DNA of 28,863 nucleotides, from NCBI GenBank assembly GCA_964546695.1, contig CAZJKS010000002.1, positions 5,999 to 34,861 of the forward strand, in the 5' to 3' direction. The translations under genes and the position numbers were made by a program. The DNA comes from an uncultured Muribaculaceae bacterium (GTDB lineage Bacteria; Bacillota_I; Bacilli_A; RF39; UBA660). Shown here in pieces: positions 15,769 through 23,133 of the stretch (its first letter is position 1; the number at the start of each line of letters is the position of its first letter). A model generated the notes under the pieces. The model was not told where the DNA came from and searched no databases. It saw only the letters and a list, made by a program, of their open reading frames with translations.

Positions 15769-16260
15769 ATGGGAAAGAAAAAAGCTTATTATAAGAGTTC
15801 AAAATCATGTGAAAATATTCATGTATTTATGGAAAGTTGGTATGGTGTTAAAAGTCATCGTCGTAAAAGAACAAGATTTCATCATAATGATATGCCGCTA
15901 TATTTTATCAATAGGGGAGTTACACCTCCTAAAGCTGTTTCATTAGATGTAGCATCTAAAGATAATTCTGATAAATATATTTATGTTAGGGATGATGATA
16001 ATAATATTAGATGTTATGGTAATAGTTTAGCACTTAATAAAGAAGATATCTTAAGAGGTAATTTAAGTGTTAAAGAAAGAGATAAAAAAAGAAGAGAGAT
16101 ACTTAATGATTTAGGTTATGGTTATGATGAGATAACTGGAGAAGTAGAATTGCTAGAAGTATTAGAAAATGAAAGATATATTGATGAGTTAGTGCCTACT
16201 GAAAAGGTTAATAGGCAAAAAACTATAAGTAAAAGACATTATTATGGAGGTGGAAGATAA
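15769..16260 (+). CDS. Orphan 163-aa protein between the T-box and thrS
   Basis: AGGAG SD (15757-15761) 7 nt before ATG 15769; host-like codon usage; stop 1 nt before the thrS ATG; no family recognised. Confidence 0.75.
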   Translation: MGKKKAYYKSSKSCENIHVFMESWYGVKSHRRKRTRFHHNDMPLYFINRGVTPPKAVSLDVASKDNSDKYIYVRDDDNNIRCYGNSLALNKEDILRGNLSVKERDKKRREILNDLGYGYDEITGEVELLEVLENERYIDELVPTEKVNRQKTISKRHYYGGGR

Positions 16261-16261
16261 A

Positions 16262-17998
16262 ATGGTAAATATTAAAGAAAGTGAATTGTTAATGCCACTT
16301 AATCATTCTTGTGCTCATTTGTTAGCAGAGGCAGTTAAGAAATTATATCCTGATGCTAAGTTTTGGGTAGGACCTGTAATAGAAGATGGTTTTTATTATG
16401 ATATTGATTTAGGAGATAAGACTCTAACAGATGAAGATTTACCTAAAATAGAAAAAGAGATGAAGAAGATTGCTAAAGGTAATAAAAAAATCATTCGTCA
16501 TGAGTTAACTAGAGAAGAAGCACTTGAGAAATTTAAGGATGATCCTTATAAAATAGATTTAATTAATAATATGCCAGATGATGAAGTAATTACTTGTTAC
16601 ACTCAAGGAGACTTTACTGACCTTTGTCGTGGTCCTCATGTAGATTCAACAAAAGAATTAAGACATTTTAAACTCTTAAGAGTAAGTGGTGCTTATTTTA
16701 AGGGAGACTCTAAAAATAAAATGTTGCAACGTATTTATGGGGTTTGTTACTATAGTGAAGATGATTTGAATAAGCATCTAGAATTCTTAGAGGAAGCGAA
16801 ACGTCGTGATCATAAAAAATTAGGTAAAGAACTAGGTTTATTTATGATTAGCGAATATGGACCAGGTTTTCCTTTCTTTTTACCTAATGGAATGGTTTTA
16901 AGAAATATTTTAGAAAATTTTTGGTATGAAGAACATACTAAAGAAGGATATGAATTTATTAAAACTCCTATTATGTTAAATCAAGAATTATGGGAAAGGT
17001 CTGGTCATTGGGATAATTATAGAGAAAATATGTATACATCTACAATAGATGATAGAACTTTTGCTATTAAACCAATGAATTGTCCAGGGGGTATGTTAGT
17101 ATATAAAAATTCTTTACATTCATATAAAGACTTACCAATAAGATGTGGTGAGTTAGGTCAAGTTCATCGTCATGAAGCAAGTGGAGCTTTAAATGGACTA
17201 TTTAGAGTAAGAACATTTACTCAAGATGATGCTCATATTTTTATGAGAGAAGACCAAATAGAAAGTGAGATAATTAGATTAATTAAATTTATTGATAGAA
17301 TTTATAGTTTATTTAACTTATCTTATGATATAGAATTATCTACAAGGCCAGAAGATAAATTTATAGGTAGTATAGAATCTTGGAACAAATCTGAGGAAAT
17401 TTTACAAAGAGCGTGTAAAGAAGCTGGGCATGATTGTAAGATAAATCCTGGTGATGGGGCTTTTTATGGGCCTAAACTAGATTTTCATATTAAAGATTCC
17501 TTAGGTAGAGTATGGCAATGTGGTACTATTCAATTAGATAATAATTTGCCAGAAAGGTTTGATTTAACGTATATAGATAAAGATGGTTCTAAAAAAAGAC
17601 CTATTATGTTACATCGTGTTATATTTGGTTCTATTGAAAGGTTTATTGGTATATTAATAGAACATTTTGCAGGATTATTTCCTCTATGGTTAAGTCCTCT
17701 TCAAGTAATAGTTATTCCAGTATCTAGTGAATATCAAAATGATTATGCTACTAGAGTATATGAAGAATTAAAGAATAATAATATTAGAGTAGAGTTAGAT
17801 AACCGTAACGAAAAACTAGGCTATAGACTAAGAGAAGCTCAAACTAGAAAGATTAATTATACTTTAATTCTTGGCGATAAAGAAAAGACCGATAATACAA
17901 TTAGTTATAGACGTCATGGTGAAAAAGATACTACAACAGTAAGTATAGATGAATTTATCAAACTATTAAAAGAAGAAATAGATACTAAAAAAATATAA
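16262..17998 (+). CDS. thrS: Threonine--tRNA ligase lacking the N-terminal TGS domain
   Basis: HSCAH and DLCRGPH editing motifs, RDHKKLG, KPMNCPG, HRHEASG, FRVRTFTQDDAHIF, GAFYGPKLD, WQCGTIQLD, HRVIFGSIERF; GGAGGT SD. Confidence 0.98.
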   Translation: MVNIKESELLMPLNHSCAHLLAEAVKKLYPDAKFWVGPVIEDGFYYDIDLGDKTLTDEDLPKIEKEMKKIAKGNKKIIRHELTREEALEKFKDDPYKIDLINNMPDDEVITCYTQGDFTDLCRGPHVDSTKELRHFKLLRVSGAYFKGDSKNKMLQRIYGVCYYSEDDLNKHLEFLEEAKRRDHKKLGKELGLFMISEYGPGFPFFLPNGMVLRNILENFWYEEHTKEGYEFIKTPIMLNQELWERSGHWDNYRENMYTSTIDDRTFAIKPMNCPGGMLVYKNSLHSYKDLPIRCGELGQVHRHEASGALNGLFRVRTFTQDDAHIFMREDQIESEIIRLIKFIDRIYSLFNLSYDIELSTRPEDKFIGSIESWNKSEEILQRACKEAGHDCKINPGDGAFYGPKLDFHIKDSLGRVWQCGTIQLDNNLPERFDLTYIDKDGSKKRPIMLHRVIFGSIERFIGILIEHFAGLFPLWLSPLQVIVIPVSSEYQNDYATRVYEELKNNNIRVELDNRNEKLGYRLREAQTRKINYTLILGDKEKTDNTISYRRHGEKDTTTVSIDEFIKLLKEEIDTKKI

Positions 17999-18050
17999 AA
18001 AGATAGCTAGTCCTATAAATAAAATATAGGTCCATTACTATCTTTTTTTT
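17997..18050. terminator. Bidirectional terminator between thrS and the convergent small gene
   Basis: Outer stem AAAAAGATAG/CTATCTTTTT, inner stem CCTATA/TATAGG, long T tract. Confidence 0.7.
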
Positions 18051-18297
18051 CACTATAATTTGTATTATTTTCATCAATATTAATATTACTTTCTTCTTCA
18101 TCGTTATTGTTATTAATAGCAGATGCTACTTTCATTAGAGTTTTAGCATTGCTAAATAATGGTTTAATTTGATATACAATAGGTATTGCTTGATTAATTA
18201 TTCCAAGTGTTCTTTGGGTATTATTTAAAATATTGTTCCAATTGATTCCTCGTTTTGGTATATAGTTAGGTATTCCCATATTATAATCATTATACAT
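18013..18297 (-). CDS. YqfQ/VrrA-family-like small protein
   Basis: LNNTQRTLGIINQAIPIVYQIKPLFSNAKTLMKV helical core, acidic Asn-rich linker, and a C-terminal GPIFYL resembling the family PKLYI end. Confidence 0.65.
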   Translation of the reverse strand: MYNDYNMGIPNYIPKRGINWNNILNNTQRTLGIINQAIPIVYQIKPLFSNAKTLMKVASAINNNNDEEESNINIDENNTNYSEKKDSNGPIFYL

Positions 18298-18321
18298 ATA
18301 AACACTACCTTTCCCTTACTT

Positions 18322-18350
18322 TAATATATGATTAATTTTTACTACTTGTG
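18322..18350 (-). promoter_or_regulatory. Candidate sigma-K promoter of the yqfQ-like gene
   Basis: Minus strand CACA (18350-18347), 16 nt, CATATATTA (18330-18322); fits mACm-N16-CATANNNTA. Confidence 0.6.
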
Positions 18351-18374
18351 ATTAATTTAAGAGAGTGGTATAAT
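18346..18374 (+). promoter_or_regulatory. Sigma-A promoter of pilC-pilD
   Basis: TTGTGA (18346-18351), 17 nt, TG-G-TATAAT (18369-18374). Confidence 0.65.
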
Positions 18375-18401
18375 TATTTTAAGAATAAGGAGGAGAGGGT
18401 T

Positions 18402-19856
18402 ATGGAAATAATAGCAATGCCATTTATTTTGATATATCATATAGTCCATTATATTTTACTTTCTCCTAAACGAATACTTGGTTATGCTTATACTGGTTTT
18501 TTGGCAATTATTGATAGATTGAGTCGTGGAAAGGTAAGTAAAAGAAGAGAAGAACGTGCCGAAGAAGAACAAGCTATCTTAGAAGTAGAAAAAATGATGA
18601 GTGCAACGGTAGATACTGCTAAAGAAAAACTTACTCTTGATAAAGAGCCTGTTACTTCTTATCGTTATAAAGTAAGAGGTAGTAATGGGAAAATTATAAA
18701 TGGTACTTTTGAAGGACCTAGTGCTGATGAGGTTAAAAACTTTTTAAAAAATGAAGGTTATGAAGTTTTAGAAGTAGTTCCTCGTAAGTTTTATGATGTT
18801 GATGTAAATATAGGAGGAAAATTTAATGCTGCTGATCTTTCGTTTTCTCTTACACAGTTGTCAACTTATTTAAAAGCTGGTATTGCTTTGATAGATTCAG
18901 TTAGAATATTAGAAAAACAAAGTGAAAAACCAGAACAAAGAAAGGTTTATCAAAAAGTTGTTTATGAACTTTTAAAAGGACAAGATTTATCTGTTGCAAT
19001 GGAAAAGCAAGGTGATAAGTTTCCTGTATTATTAGTAAATATGATTAAAACAGCAGAGTTAACGGGTGATTTGACATCGGTTTTAGATGATATGGCTGAG
19101 TATTATACTTCTAAAGAGGAAACTAGAAAACAGATGGTTTCGGCAATGACTTATCCTGTTATTGTTTTATGTATTGCTATTGGAGTTATTATCTTTATTT
19201 TAGTTAGTATTGTTCCTAGTTTTGTTGATATGTATGAAGATAATAATGCAGAAATACCTGGTATTACTAGGTTTGTTATGAATGCTAGTGATTTTATAGT
19301 TAATTATTATTTCTTAATTATTATAGGACTTGGAGTATTTGTAGGTATATTTATTTATTTATATAAAAAGAAAAGGAATTTTAGAAGGAATGTTCAATTA
19401 GTTCTTATGCATATACCTGTTTGTAGTCAGATTATTATTTATAATGAAGTATATAATTTTACTAAAACTTTTGCTTCTCTTTTAAATCATGGGGTATTTA
19501 TTACTGATAGTATGGAAGTATTATCAAAGATTACTAATAATGAAATATATAAAGAAATGATTGCAAGGACTATTATTAATCTTAATAAGGGAGTTAATAT
19601 ATCTGAATCATTTAAAGGTCAATGGGCTTTTCCTATTGCTGCTTATGAGATGATTGTAACAGGGGAGAGGACAGGACAGTTAGGATTAATGATGGAGAAA
19701 GTTGCTAATTATTATCAAGTGTTACATAAGACTTTAGTTAAACAAATGCAAAGTTTTATAGAGCCTCTTATGATAGCTTTTCTAGCTTTAATAGTAGGTA
19801 CTATTCTTTTATCAGTAGTTGTACCGATGTTTGATATTTATGGACAAATTCAGTAG
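18402..19856 (+). CDS. pilC: Type IV pilus / T2SS F-family inner membrane platform protein (PilC/ComGB-like) with N-terminal extension
   Basis: YRYKVRG..GKIINGTFEG N-motif, LSTYLKAGIALIDS, AELTGDL..VL..MAEYY, AMTYP, GERTGQLGLMMEKVANYY, IEP..I, VVPMFDIY; AGGAGG SD and promoter position favour ATG 18402. Confidence 0.85.
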   Translation: MEIIAMPFILIYHIVHYILLSPKRILGYAYTGFLAIIDRLSRGKVSKRREERAEEEQAILEVEKMMSATVDTAKEKLTLDKEPVTSYRYKVRGSNGKIINGTFEGPSADEVKNFLKNEGYEVLEVVPRKFYDVDVNIGGKFNAADLSFSLTQLSTYLKAGIALIDSVRILEKQSEKPEQRKVYQKVVYELLKGQDLSVAMEKQGDKFPVLLVNMIKTAELTGDLTSVLDDMAEYYTSKEETRKQMVSAMTYPVIVLCIAIGVIIFILVSIVPSFVDMYEDNNAEIPGITRFVMNASDFIVNYYFLIIIGLGVFVGIFIYLYKKKRNFRRNVQLVLMHIPVCSQIIIYNEVYNFTKTFASLLNHGVFITDSMEVLSKITNNEIYKEMIARTIINLNKGVNISESFKGQWAFPIAAYEMIVTGERTGQLGLMMEKVANYYQVLHKTLVKQMQSFIEPLMIAFLALIVGTILLSVVVPMFDIYGQIQ

Positions 19857-19864
19857 GTGATGAT

Positions 19865-20632
19865 ATGGAAGTTTTGTATATAATATGTTTTTTTATAATA
19901 GGCCTAGTTTTTGGGTCTTTCTTTTGTTGTGTGGGATTAAGGTTATCTGTTAATACTTCTTTTATTAGAGGAAGAAGTTATTGTGATAGTTGTCATCATG
20001 AGCTTAAGGGAAGAGATTTAATACCTTTATTTTCATATTTGTTTTTAAAAGGAAGATGTAGATATTGTCATAAGAAAGTTAGCTTATTAAATCCTTTTAT
20101 TGAAGTTGCTACAGGAATATTATTTGCACTATCTTATTATAGTTTTGGTTTTTCTTTAGAATTAATATTAGCATTGTTATTGATATCTTTATCTATGATT
20201 GTTTTTGCTAGTGATTTAACTTATATGATTATACCTGATGAAGTTATTATTTTTTTTAGTATAACTATTTTAGTTATAAAGTTCTTTTTAGAGGGAATAG
20301 TAGGGGTAGGTTTTTCTTTACTAAGTGGGGCTTTACTTTTCTTTTTTATGTATGTTTTAATGTTATTTGGTAATTCTTTGTTTAAAAAAGAATCTTTAGG
20401 GGGAGGGGATGTTAAATTATTCTTTGTTTTAGGTCTTGTTATAGATCCTTTCTTAGGGCTTATAACTATCTTTTTAGCATCTTTAATAGCATTGCCAGTA
20501 TCTTTATATTTACTTTATAAAAATAAAGAGCATGCAATACCTTTTGGGCCTTTTATTTTAATTGCTTTTCTTATTATTTTCTTTAGTAAAATTACTACTA
20601 GTGATATTTTTGAATTTTTGACATTATTTTAA
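19865..20632 (+). CDS. pilD: Prepilin peptidase / N-methyltransferase (A24)
   Basis: GSF...RL, RSYCDSC, IPLFSYLFLKGRCRYC, D....IPD, GGGDVKL, IPFGPFI. Confidence 0.93.
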   Translation: MEVLYIICFFIIGLVFGSFFCCVGLRLSVNTSFIRGRSYCDSCHHELKGRDLIPLFSYLFLKGRCRYCHKKVSLLNPFIEVATGILFALSYYSFGFSLELILALLLISLSMIVFASDLTYMIIPDEVIIFFSITILVIKFFLEGIVGVGFSLLSGALLFFFMYVLMLFGNSLFKKESLGGGDVKLFFVLGLVIDPFLGLITIFLASLIALPVSLYLLYKNKEHAIPFGPFILIAFLIIFFSKITTSDIFEFLTLF

Positions 20633-20640
20633 AATTATTA

Positions 20641-20669
20641 TTGACGAACGTTTATTCTAATGTTAAGAT
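20641..20669 (+). promoter_or_regulatory. Sigma-A promoter with a LexA-box-like sequence in the spacer
   Basis: TTGACG, 17 nt, TG-T-TAAGAT; CGAAC-gttt-ATTC at 20645-20657. Confidence 0.55.
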
Positions 20670-20819
20670 AATAAGCATTAAAATATTTATATAAAAGTAA
20701 AATAAACAAAATTAAACTTGAGAAAAGTTTTTGTATTATAGGAAATTAACGCTTAAAAACTAAATAAATAAAAAATAGTTAATATAAGTGATTTAATGAA
20801 TAACAAAAAAATAACAGTA

Positions 20820-20844
20820 AGTATCAATATCACTGATTGATACT
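20820..20844. repeat. 9-7-9 inverted repeat upstream of the RhuM remnant
   Basis: AGTATCAAT-atcactg-ATTGATACT. Confidence 0.55.
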
Positions 20845-20903
20845 GTATAGGTAACTTTCTATATAAATTTTATTATAAGCTTGTAAAGAAAGGAGATGAT
20901 TTC

Positions 20904-21394
20904 GTGGTAAAAAATTTAATGATTAGAAGTAGTAGTGCAGAATTTTTAATATTTGAAAGACAGCCACATGATAAAGGGGTTCAAGTCAGATTTGAAAATG
21001 ATGATTTATGGTTAACTCAAAAAGCTATGAGTGAATTGTATAATTGTACTACGGACAATATTTCATTACACTTAAAAAATATATATAATGATTATGAACT
21101 TGATAGGAATTCTCGATAGTTCAAAAAGAAGGTAACAGAGAAATAAAAAGAAAACTTTCATACTATATTTAGATGCTGTTATTTCTGTTTTATATAGGGT
21201 CAATTTTGATAGAGCAATTCAATTTAGGAGATGGGCTACTAATATATTAAAAGAAGTTTCAAAAAAAGGTTATATTATTGACAAAAAAAGAATATGAGAA
21301 ATATAAAAATAGAATTGCATTAAAGCCAAGTGAAGTAGAACTTCATTACTTACAAAGTATTAAAGATTTAGAAATGATTGATACCAAAAATTAG
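20904..21394 (+). pseudogene. RhuM-family gene remnant 1
   Basis: IRSSSAEFLIFE...LWLTQKAMSELY...ISLHLKNIY..ELDRNS / EFSIVQKEGNREIKRKLSYY / LDAVISVLYRVNFDRAIQFRRWATNILKEVSKKGYIIDKKR / EYEKYKNRIALKPSEVELHYLQSIKDLE in shifting frames; middle region deleted. Confidence 0.85.
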
Positions 21395-21582
21395 TCATTT
21401 ATTTGGACTTACAAACTGGAAGAATTCTCCTAAAGGTAAAATATTAGAAAATGATGTTGACTATTTGTATATTTATGATTTGTTAGAATCTAAAGACCTA
21501 TTTGATGGTTTACATCCTAATAATGCAGGACATCAAAAAAATCTGTGATAAAGGGAAAACTAAAATAAGTAAATATTTTTAA
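21378..21582 (+). pseudogene. SGNH/GDSL hydrolase C-terminal remnant
   Basis: LFGLTNW...YLYIYDLLESKDLFDGLHPNNAGHQK with the DxxH motif; +1 frameshift in an A7 run; no N-terminal GDS motif. Confidence 0.7.
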
Positions 21583-21605
21583 TATGTTTTTGAGGAAGTG
21601 ATATA

Positions 21606-22880
21606 ATGAGAGTATGTGTTTATACCTTAGGTTGTAAAGTTAATACTTATGAAAGTGAATACATAATGTTAAAACTAATAGAAGCAGGTTATGATGTTGT
21701 AAATAATTTAGATGAGGCTTCTGATATTTATATAATTAATACTTGTACTGTTACTAATACTGCTGATATTAAGAGTAGAAAGATAATAAATCGTATTAAA
21801 AGAAATAATCCTAATGCTTGTATTGTTGCTTTAGGTTGTTATGTAGAAGATCATCCTGATGATTTTGATGATATAGATATTTATATTGGTAATAAAGATA
21901 AGAGTATGATTATAGAATTGTTAGATAAATATTTTACTAATAAAGAGTCTATTAGAAGAGTAGGACTTAATAAAGATAGTTTTGAAGATATGTATATAAC
22001 AGATTTTAAAAATAGATGTAGAGCCTTTGTTAAAGTACAAGATGGATGTGAGAATTTTTGTAGTTATTGTATTATTCCTTATGTTAGAGGTAAGTGCAGA
22101 AGTAAAGATTTAGATACAGTAGTTATGGAAGTTACTGCATTAGTTAATAAAGGTTTTAAAGAAATAGTATTAACAGGTATTCATACAGGGCACTATGGTG
22201 TTGATATTGATACTAGTTTTGCATCTTTACTTAAGGCTTTAATTAAAATAGAGGGACTAAAACGTCTTAGAATCTCTAGTATAGAAATAACAGAATTAAA
22301 TAGAGAAGTTTTAGATATAATAAAAAATAGTAATATAATAGTAGATCACTTACATATTCCTTTACAAGCTGGTAGTGATAAAATATTAAAATTAATGAAT
22401 AGAAAGTATGATTTAAAATATTTTGAAGATAAATTAAAAGAAATAAGAGATATTAGGCCTGATATATCTATAACTACTGATATAATTGTAGGCTTTCCTA
22501 TGGAGAGTGAAGAGGACTTCTTAGAAACTATAGAAAATGCTCGTAAGTTTGGCTTTTCTAAAATACATGTTTTTCCTTATTCAGATAGAAAAGGTACTGT
22601 TGCAAGTACTATGGATGGACATATAGATGGTAATATTAAGAAGATGCGAGCAAGGAGACTTCTTCTAGTTTCTCATGAATTAGAGAAGGAATATGCTAAT
22701 AAATTTATTGGTAAGACTTTAGAAGTTTTATTTGAAGAAGTTAAAGATGGTGTTAGTATAGGTCATACTAGTAATTATTTAAAAGTTAAAGTAAAGGCGT
22801 GTATTCCTTCTAATACTTTTAGAAACATTAAGATTAAAAGTTATTTATTAGATAGTTTAATAGGGGAAGTAGATAACTAA
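21606..22880 (+). CDS. mtaB: tRNA t6A37 methylthiotransferase MtaB
   Basis: TLGCKVNTYES, INTCTVT, GCY, KVQDGCENFCSYCIIPYVRG radical-SAM CxxxCxxC, LTGIHTG, IHVFPYS. Confidence 0.93.
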   Translation: MRVCVYTLGCKVNTYESEYIMLKLIEAGYDVVNNLDEASDIYIINTCTVTNTADIKSRKIINRIKRNNPNACIVALGCYVEDHPDDFDDIDIYIGNKDKSMIIELLDKYFTNKESIRRVGLNKDSFEDMYITDFKNRCRAFVKVQDGCENFCSYCIIPYVRGKCRSKDLDTVVMEVTALVNKGFKEIVLTGIHTGHYGVDIDTSFASLLKALIKIEGLKRLRISSIEITELNREVLDIIKNSNIIVDHLHIPLQAGSDKILKLMNRKYDLKYFEDKLKEIRDIRPDISITTDIIVGFPMESEEDFLETIENARKFGFSKIHVFPYSDRKGTVASTMDGHIDGNIKKMRARRLLLVSHELEKEYANKFIGKTLEVLFEEVKDGVSIGHTSNYLKVKVKACIPSNTFRNIKIKSYLLDSLIGEVDN

Positions 22881-22888
22881 TATCTTAA

Positions 22889-23120
22889 CAGAAAAAAGTT
22901 TTTTGGAGAAAAATCCTTGATATTTATGCAACATCTATTGATTATGATTATAAGAAAGAGATAACTATTAACTTTTTTAAGACAAACAGTTTCTCATGAA
23001 GATACCTTAAAAAGCTTGTGAAGAGTACGATAAATATATGAAAAAAATTTAACAAAAGATGAGAAAGACTATTTAGAAATAATTAATATTGATATTAAAG
23101 AAATTGAAACTAATTATTAA
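22889..23120 (+). pseudogene. RhuM-family gene remnant 2 (middle and C-terminal pieces)
   Basis: KVFWRKILDIYATSIDYDYKKEITINFFKT / TVSHEDTLK / ACEEYDKYMKK / LTKDEKDYLEIINIDIKEIETNY* across frameshifts. Confidence 0.8.
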
Positions 23121-23133
23121 TATAGGAGAAGAT

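Noticed and set aside
15700-15946. ORF start at 15700 and alternative ORF 15713-15946
   Set aside because: Both start inside the T-box antiterminator without an SD; the supported start is 15769
20670-20819. Long A-rich intergenic stretch as a possible ncRNA or gene remnant
   Set aside because: No stable structure or recognisable peptide in any frame by eye
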